A DNA stretch of 64,000 bases, taken from a virus (Duplodnaviria > Heunggongvirae > Uroviricota > Caudoviricetes). Location of the stretch: positions 82,564 through 146,563 of the IMG/VR virus record IMGVR_UViG_3300044712_002337. One strand, given 5' to 3'. Each line of letters begins with the position of its first letter. Within the stretch, counting starts at the first letter, position 1. The notes under the pieces were generated by a model. It was not told the origin of the DNA and searched no databases. It saw only the letters and a program-made list of their open reading frames with translations. Made by a program: the position numbers and the translations under genes. Below, piece after piece: positions 34,692 through 44,379 of this stretch.

Positions 34692-37190
34692 CTAAATCTG
34701 CCAAAACTCCGTCGCCACGAACCCGTCCCCCCGCCGGGACGGCTCCAGCGCCACCTGCAGCACGTTGCCGTCCCGCAGGAGGGCGCGGTGTTTCTCATAA
34801 TCGTCAGGAAAACAGACGATTTCGTTGAGCGAGCCCGACTCGTCGCCCAGGGTGAGCCAGGCCATGTCCCGCCCCTTCTTGGTGCGGAACGCCCGCGAGC
34901 TTTTCAGGACGGCGCACACGCGGACCTTCTCCTTGCGGCCGTCGAGCAGGTCCTTGATGGGGGCGGTGCGGCCGGACACGTCGGCCCCGGCCAGCTTGGT
35001 GTAGGTGACGGGCACCCCCAGGGCCTTCTCCTCCAGCTCGGCAATCACCCGGGGCGTGTCCGCCTCGCTCGTGGGCGGGTGGTCCAGGAGGTAGGCTTCG
35101 TCCAGGAGGTCCTGAGTCGTGTTTTTGTTGGCGGCGGCGCCGCCCTCCTTCTTCGGCCTGGCAGCCGAACGAATTAGCTCCGCCAGGCTATCGGCTTCAC
35201 CCGCGTGGCTGACCAGCCACGCATGGACGGTCTTCTTGGACTTCAGCCGCGCCACGCACTTGGCCTCGTTCGCCTGACGTAACCGCGGCACCGAAAAGTG
35301 GGCGAACGCCCCCGCGTAGGCGAGCCCCTCCATCACTTTAACGGGCACGGTCGTGCCGACCTTCAGCAGGAAGTGGGTCCAGGTCCAGTCGGACAAAGGC
35401 TTTCCGCTCGACTCCTCTTCGGCTTGGATGGCCTCGACCATCTTTTCCACGTGCCCGTCCCCCACCCCGCTCACGTCGCACAGCCCGAACACGGCCGCGT
35501 CCCCGTCCAGGTCCACGCGGGCCGAGCGGGTGCGGACGTCGGGCGACCGAACCTTAATGTTCGCGGAGCGGGCGTCGTTCACCAGGAGGGACGCCTCCTC
35601 CTCGCACCCCTTCTTCTTCCCCTTGAGGAAGGCCAGGGCGAGCCAGTTGGCGTAGAAGGCGAGGGGGAAGTGGGCCTTCAGGTAGGCGGTCTTCACCGCC
35701 TTACACCCGTACGAATAAGCGTGGCTGTTGCAGACCACCAGCCCGTCGTTCACCACGAAGTTGTGGTTCGGGGCGTCCATAGTCACATCGTACGTCTCGC
35801 ACTCGCCGTCCGGCTCCACCGACACCACCCGCGTTTCCACCCGCGGGGCTCCCTTCTCCCCCCGCTTCACCCGCCCGCAGGCGTACTCCTTCTTCTTGTG
35901 GCAGGAGACGCACAGGAGTTGCAGGTTCTCGGGCTCATTGTTCGAGCGGTCGCCGTCGATGTGGTCCATCTCCAGGCGGCCCTCGGTCTTGCCGCACAGT
36001 TCGCACACCTTCGCCTTGGTCGCCTTCACCGCCTTAAACGAGGTGAACCCGCCGCCGGTGTACGCGTAGTTGTTCTCGCCGAACGCCCCGTTCACGAACC
36101 GGCCTTCCACGTACGGTCGGGTCTCGTTCGTGTACTTGCTGAAGTTGTACCGCTTCCCGTTCCCCTTCTCGTACTCCCCGCGGCGGAACACGACGACCTC
36201 CATCCCGAGCAACACCCGCCGGGCGATTTCAGCCACCGTCAGTTCGCCATCGGTGGTCGGCACCTTATGGTTGCCCGTCAGGCGGACTGACTGACCATCG
36301 GAGGTCGTGAGCCGGAACACCGGGCGGTAGCCGGCCGGCTGGATGTCGCGGATGAGGTTCGGGCGGACCCGCCCGTCCTCGCACATGGACAGCCCCTGGC
36401 CGTAGTGGCCAAGCCGCATCCACTTCCGGCGGAGCACGTCGTGCCCGTGTTTTTGGGCGTACCGGATGTCGTTCCGGATGCGGTACATGTGGCCGACCGT
36501 GTAGCCCACCCCCTTCACCTGCCCGCCCGTGCCGTACCGGACAATAATCGTATCCTCTGACGCGCACTTATTAAATGAGTACCGTGCCGACTCCTGAATC
36601 CAGTCGAACAACTGGACGGCGAGTTCGTAGGGGACGGCCCCGTACTCTTTGGCCCGCTCCAGGAACTTAAGTCGAGTGTCTGCCATGAGCTGCGCATCCT
36701 TCTTCCCGGCTGCCTTCCGTAGGAGCTGCGCCTCGGCTTTAGAAAAACCCGCAACCACTTCCGACAACTTGCAAATCTGTTCTTGAAAGACGACGACGTT
36801 GTAAGTCTTTGCCAGTACTTCATCTACGACGGGGTGTAGAGACTCCGTCTGCTCGTCCCCGTTCTTGCGGAGGACGTAGTGCTCCGTCATCGACACTCCA
36901 TTACTATCACGAGCTTTTAAACAACCGGGCCGGAGCAGACTAACGAGCGCACAGATGTGTTCCTCGTTCTCCGGCTTCAACATCTTGGACCACTTCTGGC
37001 CGAGGTACTCCTCCAGCTGGAACACCCCCTTGGTCTGCCCGTGCGCGAACAGGTTCGCCACCGCCGAGCAGAACGGGGCCTTGCGGATGTCCACGTCCAG
37101 GGCCGGCAGCCCGCCCGGGTAGGCCGGCGGCCCCACGACCGGCCAGGAGCACCCGCATTTTTTAAAGTGGTAAATTTCGTTCGTAGGCAC
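34692..37190 (-). CDS. dnaE: DNA polymerase III alpha (DnaE) C-terminal half with inserted HNH intein
   Basis: GVFQLE, VVFQEQ, FNK|C...intein...N|SHAYSYGCKAVKTAYLKAHFP; GTG start. Confidence 0.8.
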   Translation of the reverse strand: MPTNEIYHFKKCGCSWPVVGPPAYPGGLPALDVDIRKAPFCSAVANLFAHGQTKGVFQLEEYLGQKWSKMLKPENEEHICALVSLLRPGCLKARDSNGVSMTEHYVLRKNGDEQTESLHPVVDEVLAKTYNVVVFQEQICKLSEVVAGFSKAEAQLLRKAAGKKDAQLMADTRLKFLERAKEYGAVPYELAVQLFDWIQESARYSFNKCASEDTIIVRYGTGGQVKGVGYTVGHMYRIRNDIRYAQKHGHDVLRRKWMRLGHYGQGLSMCEDGRVRPNLIRDIQPAGYRPVFRLTTSDGQSVRLTGNHKVPTTDGELTVAEIARRVLLGMEVVVFRRGEYEKGNGKRYNFSKYTNETRPYVEGRFVNGAFGENNYAYTGGGFTSFKAVKATKAKVCELCGKTEGRLEMDHIDGDRSNNEPENLQLLCVSCHKKKEYACGRVKRGEKGAPRVETRVVSVEPDGECETYDVTMDAPNHNFVVNDGLVVCNSHAYSYGCKAVKTAYLKAHFPLAFYANWLALAFLKGKKKGCEEEASLLVNDARSANIKVRSPDVRTRSARVDLDGDAAVFGLCDVSGVGDGHVEKMVEAIQAEEESSGKPLSDWTWTHFLLKVGTTVPVKVMEGLAYAGAFAHFSVPRLRQANEAKCVARLKSKKTVHAWLVSHAGEADSLAELIRSAARPKKEGGAAANKNTTQDLLDEAYLLDHPPTSEADTPRVIAELEEKALGVPVTYTKLAGADVSGRTAPIKDLLDGRKEKVRVCAVLKSSRAFRTKKGRDMAWLTLGDESGSLNEIVCFPDDYEKHRALLRDGNVLQVALEPSRRGDGFVATEFWQI
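35727..36566 (-). mobile_element. intein (Hint + HNH endonuclease) in DnaE at the FNK/SHA site
   Basis: block A CASEDTIIV, block B TGNH, HNH HIDGDRSNNEPENLQLLCVSCH, C-terminal NHNFVVNDGLVVCN followed by Ser. Confidence 0.7.
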
Positions 37191-37191
37191 G

Positions 37192-37569
37192 TCAGCGGCC
37201 CTCCCCCGGCGGGGCCGCCGGCATCCGCCGGGGCACCGGGCGGGTGGCCAGCTGCAGCACGTGCTGCATGTCCTCGTCCCGCCCGCCGCACAGGTGCGGG
37301 GTCATGTGCACCCACTCCCACGAGTCCTTGTGCTTGTCGAACCGGCCGGACGCGTCGATGACCCGGCACACCACCCGGGGCAGGCTGTGCCGGGCGTACA
37401 GCCGGGACCAGGCGGTGTGACACCGCTCGGCCACCTCCGGGGACGGGCTTTGCATCCCGTCCCACAACAGAGGGGCGGCCAGCCAGCCGGCCCGTTCGAG
37501 CCGGGCCTGGTGGGCGTCCCGCACCCGGTACTCGCGGTCGCCCAGGGGGTCACACCCCCCAAGTGCCAT
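37192..37569 (-). CDS. hypothetical protein
   Basis: internal ATG; stop adjacent to dnaE-C GTG. Confidence 0.35.
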   Translation of the reverse strand: MALGGCDPLGDREYRVRDAHQARLERAGWLAAPLLWDGMQSPSPEVAERCHTAWSRLYARHSLPRVVCRVIDASGRFDKHKDSWEWVHMTPHLCGGRDEDMQHVLQLATRPVPRRMPAAPPGEGR

Positions 37570-38209
37570 AGTCAGAAAAATCCACATGCTGGCCGGACTC
37601 CCTGAATTTCGGCGCCATCTGCACGGCGAGCCGCCGGTAGAAGTTCATGAATTTGCACAACACCCACGCCGTGTGCCGCACGTCCGTCATCCCCCGGTGG
37701 GCCCCGTCCTTCGGGATGCCGAAGTAGTCGCGGACGGCGTCCATCCCGATGCTGTCCGTCTGGTTGGTCTGGCCGAACCAGCGGAACAGGTCGTCCAGGG
37801 TGTCCAGCACCACCCGCTTGTTGAACAGGGTGGACTCCCCGGCCTCGTTCACGTACCCAAACCGCTCGGCGTACCGGTCGAGGATGGGCAGGTCAAATCC
37901 CCGAACGTTCTGACCGGCCGGAAAGGGCGCCGTGGAGGGGGACGCGGTCTTGCCGCCGAACCGGCGGACGTGCTCGTAGAACCGCGGGAACACCGTTTTG
38001 ATGGACGGGGCTTTTTCCAAATCCGCAATCGCAATCTTGTTCTTCGCCATCGCCCCGGCTTCCAGGGCGGAGAAGTCCTCCGGCCGGACCAGGGTCTCGA
38101 ACTCGCTCCCCGGAATCGGCGCCCACTTCTTCGGGTCGATGACGAGGGCGGCAATCTCTAAAATCTGGGTGGTCTCCTGCTTCGCGCTGGAGGTCTCCAA
38201 GTCGACCAC
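37550..38209 (-). CDS. DnaQ-like (DEDDh) 3'-5' exonuclease
   Basis: Exo I LEIAALVID, Exo III HRGMTDVRHTAWV. Confidence 0.7.
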   Translation of the reverse strand: MVDLETSSAKQETTQILEIAALVIDPKKWAPIPGSEFETLVRPEDFSALEAGAMAKNKIAIADLEKAPSIKTVFPRFYEHVRRFGGKTASPSTAPFPAGQNVRGFDLPILDRYAERFGYVNEAGESTLFNKRVVLDTLDDLFRWFGQTNQTDSIGMDAVRDYFGIPKDGAHRGMTDVRHTAWVLCKFMNFYRRLAVQMAPKFRESGQHVDFSDYGTWGV

Positions 38210-38284
38210 GATGACGTAGTTGAGGTTGATAACTTCACCCTTTCGAAATGCGGGCGGAGCCCGGGGGGCCGTGGGGCGCCCCCG

Positions 38285-38557
38285 CTAGTCGGCCAGGGCC
38301 AGCACCACCGTGCCGTCGTCCAGCACCTCGGCGGTGAACCCCTCCCCGTCGGCCGCGTCGAGCAGCTCGGGCTCCAGGTCGAGCGGCCCCACCTTGAGCA
38401 GGATGGCGACGAGCAGCCGGCGGGAGTGGCGGGTGCGGTCGGCGTTCGCCGCCGCCTGGTCGGCCACCACCCGGCGGAGGGCGGCCGCCTCGGCGGCCGG
38501 GTCGGCGGGGGCGGGCGGGGCTTCCCGGGCGAACAGCGTCTTGAGTCTGGCGAGCAT
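38285..38557 (-). CDS. hypothetical protein
   Basis: 90-aa ORF after cassette. Confidence 0.4.
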   Translation of the reverse strand: MLARLKTLFAREAPPAPADPAAEAAALRRVVADQAAANADRTRHSRRLLVAILLKVGPLDLEPELLDAADGEGFTAEVLDDGTVVLALAD

Positions 38558-38585
38558 GGGAGGCTGGCTCGGGGGTTCGGGGCCG

Positions 38586-38622
38586 CGGGGGCGGGCCCCC
38601 GCATGTTAAAAGGGGAAAGTCA
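38586..38622. repeat. cassette: hairpin GCGGGGGCggGCCCCCGC + CATGTTAAAAGGGGAAAGTCA Confidence 0.55.
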
Positions 38623-39177
38623 GGCGGGCAGGTACCGCTTCACCTCCGCCAGCACGTCGACGACGCAGAACGTGCCGTCCGGGCGGAGGTCTCCCCGCCG
38701 ACAATTCCAGGGACGTGGAACCAACACCGCACACCCGCCCCGCTTGCGGAAGGCGTCCACGTTGTCGTCGTGGTCGTCGACCAGGATGTTGTCCGGGCCG
38801 GCGGCGGCCGCCTTGCCCCCGCCCAGGAGGGCCCGGCGGGCGAACTGCGGCCCGACCTCCCGGCGGAGCCAGTCCCGCTTACCGGCTTCACACCCGTCGG
38901 TGGCGCACGGGCTGGACAGGGCGGTGACGTTCTCCTCCCCGACCAGATGGACCAGCCCGTGGAAGAGGGCCTTCCCCTCCCGGGTCCAGGGCAGGTTCGC
39001 CCAGAACTCCCGCCCCATCGGGGCCCAGAAGTCGGCCTGCCGGCCCTGGAACCCGATTTGCTCGAAGAAGTCCCAGCGGACGTCGAGGTACGGGACGGAC
39101 GCCCCGTGCAGGGCGAAGGCCGCCTCGGTGAACGAACACTTGACCCCGTCCATGTCGAGCAGGATGTGCTTGTGCAT
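38620..39177 (-). CDS. HAD-family 5'(3')-deoxyribonucleotidase-like
   Basis: motif I LLDMDGV, motif IV ILVDDHDDNV. Confidence 0.6.
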   Translation of the reverse strand: MHKHILLDMDGVKCSFTEAAFALHGASVPYLDVRWDFFEQIGFQGRQADFWAPMGREFWANLPWTREGKALFHGLVHLVGEENVTALSSPCATDGCEAGKRDWLRREVGPQFARRALLGGGKAAAAGPDNILVDDHDDNVDAFRKRGGCAVLVPRPWNCRRGDLRPDGTFCVVDVLAEVKRYLPA

Positions 39178-39215
39178 GGGGGTATTCTAGCCGAGGATTA
39201 GTTTTTGTAAAGTAG

Positions 39216-39602
39216 TCATTTCTGATGGGAAACCCACTCCCACATCGCGTCCCGGGCGGCCTGGTAATAGTCTTTCTTCACCCGCTCGTACCGCCCGCAC
39301 GCCGGCCACGACTCCAGCATGGCGTCGACCATCCGCAGCCACGTCGAAACCTGCCCCACGGTCAAGTCGTGGGCGAACTCCAGCTTGTGCAGGCGGCTGT
39401 CCAGCCAGCCGTCGTACCCGCCGTCGCACTCGAACCAGGAAACGCCCGCGCCGAGCAGCCGGTCGACGGACTCCAGGTACGAATGACGATTCACCCCGTC
39501 GGCCTGCCACTCCGCCCACGGCCGGGTCAGCACCCGCGGGTCGATATCTTCTCGCCCCGGCCACCAACACCCCGTCGGGGCCGGGACGCGGATGTCAATC
39601 AT
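39216..39602 (-). CDS. hypothetical protein
   Basis: 128-aa Trp-rich ORF. Confidence 0.45.
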   Translation of the reverse strand: MIDIRVPAPTGCWWPGREDIDPRVLTRPWAEWQADGVNRHSYLESVDRLLGAGVSWFECDGGYDGWLDSRLHKLEFAHDLTVGQVSTWLRMVDAMLESWPACGRYERVKKDYYQAARDAMWEWVSHQK

Positions 39603-41682
39603 CTTCGTCCTCCTGGGTCTCTTCGAGCCCTTTCATCCAGCGGTAGTCGGGCACCCGGTGCGTCCGGATGGTCTCCAGACAGCCGACCAGCTTGTCCTCG
39701 ACCGCCACCCCGAGAAAGTCTAATTTAGGCACACCTAATTGTTCTAACTCAGGATAATCCATTCCGGCGATGAGTTCGCCCGCCTTGGCGTCCCACACCA
39801 GCGGGCACATCTCGGCCAGCGGGCGGGCGGAAATGACGATGCCGCTGGCGTGGGTGCCCCGCCCCCGCTTGCACCCCTCCAGCCGGGAGGCCTGGGCGAA
39901 GAGCGGGCCGAGCGGCCCCTCGAACGCCCCGTCCGGGGTGAGCTTGACGAACTCCTGGAAGTCCTCCGGGTGGTGCGTGAGCACGTACTTGATGATGCTC
40001 GCCTCGCCCGTCTCCTCCCGCATCTCCTGCAGCTTGTCGGCAATCTGGTCCTTGCCGGGGAGCCGCTTGGTGATTTCCTTCCGCTCCTTGTAGTCCCCCC
40101 ACCCGTGGGCCGAGAACACGGCGGTCAGGGCGCTCGCCCCGTGCAGGCTCTGGAAGGTGGCGATGTGGGCCACCCGGTCGCTCCCGTACTTCTTGCGGAC
40201 GTACCGGATGACCGCCTCCCGCCGGCCGACCGGGAAGTCCATGTCGATGTCCGGCAGCATGGCCGGCTTCCCGGGCTGGTTACGGGAGTCGTCGTAGAAC
40301 CGCTCGAACGACAGGTCGGCCTTGATGGGGTCGGTGTCGTGGATGTCGAGCAAGTACCCAACAATCGTACCGGCGGCCGAGCCACGCCCTTCGACGGCCC
40401 TCGCCCCGATGGAGATGGCGTACCGGCAGACGTCGGCGGCGATGAGGAAGTAGCCGTGCAGGTTCGCCTTGTCGTACACGGCGTACTCGTGTTCGAGCTG
40501 GGCGCGGTACCTGTCCTGCTCGTGAGCGGGGACCACCCCCGCCACCTTCCGCTCCCACCCCTCCTTGCACAGCGCCCGCAGGTGCTCGCCCTCGGCCTCG
40601 CCGCCCGGCGTGGGGAAGCCCGGCAGTTCGGGCGGGCCGGACAGGCTGTAGCTCTCGCACATGTCCGCGAAGTGGAGGGAGGCCTCCAGCTCGCCCGGCT
40701 CGTGGCGGGCGGCCATGTGTTCGACGGACGGGATGTGGAACTGGCTCGACCGGAAGAAGCCGCCGAGCGTCACGTCTTCGCCGTTGTCGGCCTGCTGTTG
40801 GACCTTGGCCAAAGTCGTCTTGAACGCGTTGCAGAGGAGCACCCGCTGGTCCGGCGCGTCCTCCGGGCGGGCCATGTGGGCGTCCGGGGTGGCCACCACC
40901 CGCGTCCCCGTCTCCTTCCCCGCCCACCGCATGATGTTGGCCAGCACCTGGGCGGCGGGCGAGTTCAGCCTCCCCTCGTCGTCCACGTCGTACAGTTGGA
41001 CTTCGAGCCCGACGTTCTCCTTGCCGAACAGGTCGTGGTACCGGCCAATCTCGCGGACCAAATCGACCTTCAAGGCCGACCAGTCCTTCACGTAAGACTT
41101 GGCCCGCTCGTACGTGGCCGCCTTGTAAGCCGCCTTCGGGTCGGCGAAGACGAAGTCGGCCAGGGTGCTGCCGATGTGCCCGGTGAGGGCAATCAGGTTG
41201 CCGCCCGCGAAGCCGCCCAGTCTTTCTAAATCAAGCCTTGGCTTGTAGTAGAAGTGGTCCGGGTGGTTCGAGGCCGAGGTGGCCTTCAGGAGAGACTGCC
41301 ACCCGGCGCGGTTCTTGGCGAGGATGACCAGGTGGGACAGGCCGCGGTCGTCCTTGTCCTTGACGGTCGCGTCCTTGCGACAGACGTAAAACTCATTTCC
41401 CAGGATGAGCTTCTTCTTCGACGGCTCGTACGCCGGGCACGCCTCCCCGGCAATCAGACACCGCCCCTTCCCCCCGTCCGCGTGCGAGCTCTTCGGCCGC
41501 CCGCACACGCCGCACGCGTCCGCCATCGCCCGCTGGTACGCCGGGGCCCCGCTGACGCTGCCGTGCTCCGTAATCGCCGCGCCGGGCAGGCCGCACTTCA
41601 CCACCCGGGCGGCCATGTCCTGGGGTGATGTAAGTCCGTCTAATAAACTATGTTGACCGTGACAATGAAGAGGATAATACAT
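39595..41682 (-). CDS. dnaE: DNA polymerase III alpha (DnaE) N-terminal half (PHP + palm)
   Basis: PHP LHCHGQHSLLDG...ITEHG, GRGSAAGTIVGYLLDI, catalytic PDIDMDF, HASGIVIS, KLDFLGV; ends with acidic tail and stop before fingers domain. Confidence 0.85.
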   Translation of the reverse strand: MYYPLHCHGQHSLLDGLTSPQDMAARVVKCGLPGAAITEHGSVSGAPAYQRAMADACGVCGRPKSSHADGGKGRCLIAGEACPAYEPSKKKLILGNEFYVCRKDATVKDKDDRGLSHLVILAKNRAGWQSLLKATSASNHPDHFYYKPRLDLERLGGFAGGNLIALTGHIGSTLADFVFADPKAAYKAATYERAKSYVKDWSALKVDLVREIGRYHDLFGKENVGLEVQLYDVDDEGRLNSPAAQVLANIMRWAGKETGTRVVATPDAHMARPEDAPDQRVLLCNAFKTTLAKVQQQADNGEDVTLGGFFRSSQFHIPSVEHMAARHEPGELEASLHFADMCESYSLSGPPELPGFPTPGGEAEGEHLRALCKEGWERKVAGVVPAHEQDRYRAQLEHEYAVYDKANLHGYFLIAADVCRYAISIGARAVEGRGSAAGTIVGYLLDIHDTDPIKADLSFERFYDDSRNQPGKPAMLPDIDMDFPVGRREAVIRYVRKKYGSDRVAHIATFQSLHGASALTAVFSAHGWGDYKERKEITKRLPGKDQIADKLQEMREETGEASIIKYVLTHHPEDFQEFVKLTPDGAFEGPLGPLFAQASRLEGCKRGRGTHASGIVISARPLAEMCPLVWDAKAGELIAGMDYPELEQLGVPKLDFLGVAVEDKLVGCLETIRTHRVPDYRWMKGLEETQEDEDD

Positions 41683-41694
41683 CGTCAGAATGAC

Positions 41695-42009
41695 TCACGA
41701 GTAGACGGTGACGGCCGGGGCGTACGCCGGGGCGGAAACGGTCAGCGCCGCCGGCGGCCGCTCGACCACCGGGGCAGGGTCCACCCACAGGGCGTTCGAC
41801 TCGGCCGGGATGGTGAGGAGGGTCCCGCGCTGGCGGGTTAGCGAGCCCAGGACGGAAGCGGGAAGCCCGCCGAAACCCGGCGCTATCGCGGCCGGGACGA
41901 AATCGCCCGCCACCCGCAAGCGCCCGGCCGAGACGGCCGGGGCCGACGGCTTCAGCCCGCAGGCGGCCGCCGCCGCCCCGACCGCCGAGAAGAACTTCCG
42001 CCGAATCAT
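41695..42009 (-). CDS. hypothetical small secreted protein
   Basis: MIRRKFFSAVGAAAAACGL signal/lipobox-like. Confidence 0.35.
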   Translation of the reverse strand: MIRRKFFSAVGAAAAACGLKPSAPAVSAGRLRVAGDFVPAAIAPGFGGLPASVLGSLTRQRGTLLTIPAESNALWVDPAPVVERPPAALTVSAPAYAPAVTVYS

Positions 42010-42020
42010 GCTCGCTCCGC

Positions 42021-42542
42021 TCACGAGGGGAGAACGGGAGCGTCGACCTCCCGCGTGTCGCCGGCGCCCGAGATGGTGTTCGTCTTCTTCCGCGCGGTCA
42101 GCTTGTCCAGGTTCCCCTGGGCGACGTCGGCGGCGTTCAGCCCCATGTCCCCCATCACCTTGTTGGCGTACCACATTTGGCCGTCCCCGATTTCTTTGGA
42201 GATGGGGGTGATGTCCATCCCGAAGAGGAGGCCGCGGAACTTGCTGCACCACGCCTTGTCCGCCTCGCCGAACCCGCCCTGGTCGCGGACCCGCTTCTTC
42301 TCGGCCTCGGCCAGTTTCCCGACGCGGGTGAACCCCTCCAAGGCGCCCTTGAACATGATGGCGGTGAGCGACCCCCCGTCCGGGATTTGGGCCGCGACGG
42401 CGAGCAGCTTTTCGCACAGTTCGCCCGTCTCGCCCATGAGGCCGAGCATGGGGTACACCACCGCCGCCTCGGTCGGGTACATGGCGAAGGCCGCCGCCTG
42501 GGTCTGGTAGTCGGTGAAGGTCAGGTCGTTCGCTTCGTTCAC
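42021..42542 (-). CDS. MazG-family nucleoside triphosphate pyrophosphohydrolase
   Basis: LGLMGETGELCEKL EExxE-type motif. Confidence 0.6.
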   Translation of the reverse strand: MNEANDLTFTDYQTQAAAFAMYPTEAAVVYPMLGLMGETGELCEKLLAVAAQIPDGGSLTAIMFKGALEGFTRVGKLAEAEKKRVRDQGGFGEADKAWCSKFRGLLFGMDITPISKEIGDGQMWYANKVMGDMGLNAADVAQGNLDKLTARKKTNTISGAGDTREVDAPVLPS

Positions 42543-42615
42543 AGGGGTCTCCGGGCGGGCACGGCCCGCGGGGGTTAGGGGGCAGAGCCCCCGGATGTTA
42601 AAAGGGGGAAGTCCG

Positions 42616-42924
42616 CTACCGCGATTTCGTTCCGACGGTCAGGGCCCACCCCAGCGGGCGGAGGACCCAGAACCAGACGGCGACGCCGGCCAGCCACACG
42701 GGCCACGTGACCACCACCATCCCGCCGAAGAACATCACCTCGTCGTCGTCCGGTCCGCCGCCGTAACACCCGCCGCTGAGCGGCCCCCACCGCCGGCTCA
42801 CGAAGAGCCGGCCCGTCAGGACGCCGCCCAGCAGGTAGGCGAAAACGCCCAGGGCCCACCACACCGCCGGCGGGACGCCGGTCCAGAAGTCGGGGATTTC
42901 AATGACCACGTGCGCTGCGCTCAC
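42616..42924 (-). CDS. hypothetical membrane protein
   Basis: 3 hydrophobic segments, Trp-rich. Confidence 0.45.
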   Translation of the reverse strand: MSAAHVVIEIPDFWTGVPPAVWWALGVFAYLLGGVLTGRLFVSRRWGPLSGGCYGGGPDDDEVMFFGGMVVVTWPVWLAGVAVWFWVLRPLGWALTVGTKSR

Positions 42925-42994
42925 GAAAAGGGGAATTTTTCACCTTTCAACATCCGGGCCGCAGGCCCGCGGGGCACTGGGGGCGGAGCCCCGG

Positions 42995-43315
42995 TCACTC
43001 CATCAGCCGCCGAATCCCGTCCGTCAGCCCGACCGCCTCGAAGTCGGACCTGTGCCGGTCGAAGAACGCGGCCGCCACCCCGGCCAGCCGCTCCGCCTGC
43101 TCGTGCGAGCGGTGGGCCATGGGGGAGGCGGACGCGAGGGACTTGCCGTCCGAAGACAGGACCGCCTCCCCGCCCCGGAGGGACGCCAGGACGGCGTCCA
43201 CGACGTCGCCGGCGGGCACCCCCACGTAGGCCATCAGCCGCTGGTAGGCGGCCAGCGACACCGGGGACGGGTGCCCGCGGAGGAGGTCGGACAGGGTGGC
43301 TCGGGGGTCGACCAT
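42995..43315 (-). CDS. hypothetical protein
   Basis: 106-aa ORF. Confidence 0.45.
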   Translation of the reverse strand: MVDPRATLSDLLRGHPSPVSLAAYQRLMAYVGVPAGDVVDAVLASLRGGEAVLSSDGKSLASASPMAHRSHEQAERLAGVAAAFFDRHRSDFEAVGLTDGIRRLME

Positions 43316-43357
43316 GTTTTTATAAGATAGGTGTTATTCGGGCGGGCGTCAAGGGGG

Positions 43358-44359
43358 CTAGGCGGCCGGCTTGGTGTCCCGGTCGGTCTGGCCGCCGCCG
43401 CTGCCGTAATTCTTATAAGCGTTAGGCTTTCCAAACTTGGCCACCACCCGGTCGGTGCCGAGCCCCACCATCTGCCCGTACAGGTGGTCGCACACGCTCT
43501 GCCCGGAGTCCTTCCACTGCGTCTTCCCCCAGTAGCAGAACGTCTCGCACGGGCGGTCTTTCCCCCGCCACCGGTCGTCCTCCTTAATCCGCTTGGGAAG
43601 GACCGTGTCCCGCACCCCCTCGAAGTACTTCCGCAGCACGCTCTCGGCCTCGACCAGGTCCGAGTCGTCGAACGGGATGGTGATGGGGCCGACCGCCTTG
43701 GCGAAGAAGATGGTGAGGGCGACCACGTCATCCGGATAAAGCGTGCGGAGGGCCAGGTAGTAGAGCAGCAGCTGGTGGTCTTTCCGGAGGGTCGTCGGCG
43801 ACTTGGCACTCCCGTTCGGGCAGGACCAGTCCCGCATCGACCCGGACTTCCAGTCGGTGTATGCAATCACCCCTGGCTCCGGGCGGAGCACCAGGTCCAT
43901 CGCCCCGCGGATGCGGTACCGGCCGGCCACCCGCTCGCCCGTGTGCGGGTCGGGGAAATCGTACGTCGCCCAGTCGTACGGCAGTTCCAGGTCAAAAAAT
44001 TGTTCGGGGTACAGGACGTCCGCGGTGAGCGGGGAGTACGGGCCGGCCAGCACCCCGTCCACCAGCCGCCGCATCTCCCGCTTGTCCGCCGGGCGGAACT
44101 TCGGGTGGCCGTCGACGTACGCGTCCCAGCCGATGTCGCAGGCCCGGTCGACCGTCATCTCCGCCGCGACGTACTCGCCACCCGACTCGTCGTCCTTGAA
44201 CGACGGCGTGCCGGACGTTTCGGCCAGCCGCTTCTTGGCAAGGAGTTCGAGGGCCTTGTGGACCATGGACCCGAGGAGCGTCGCCTTGTTCGGTTTACTC
44301 TCAAGGCCCAGGACGTAGCTCAGTGCATAATCCATCTGACATAATTTAAACGTTCCCAT
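43358..44359 (-). CDS. PD-(D/E)XK nuclease, Cas4/RecB-exonuclease-like with C-terminal Cys cluster
   Basis: DLVL..YTDWKSG motifs; CETFCYWGKTQWKDSGQSVC; internal ATG start. Confidence 0.6.
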   Translation of the reverse strand: MGTFKLCQMDYALSYVLGLESKPNKATLLGSMVHKALELLAKKRLAETSGTPSFKDDESGGEYVAAEMTVDRACDIGWDAYVDGHPKFRPADKREMRRLVDGVLAGPYSPLTADVLYPEQFFDLELPYDWATYDFPDPHTGERVAGRYRIRGAMDLVLRPEPGVIAYTDWKSGSMRDWSCPNGSAKSPTTLRKDHQLLLYYLALRTLYPDDVVALTIFFAKAVGPITIPFDDSDLVEAESVLRKYFEGVRDTVLPKRIKEDDRWRGKDRPCETFCYWGKTQWKDSGQSVCDHLYGQMVGLGTDRVVAKFGKPNAYKNYGSGGGQTDRDTKPAA

Positions 44360-44379
44360 GGCCGAGGAACGGGCGAAGG

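Noticed and set aside
37190-39595. DnaE split as a frameshift or sequencing artefact
   Set aside because: The halves are separated by about 2.4 kb containing five well-formed genes; each half has its own stop and start context.
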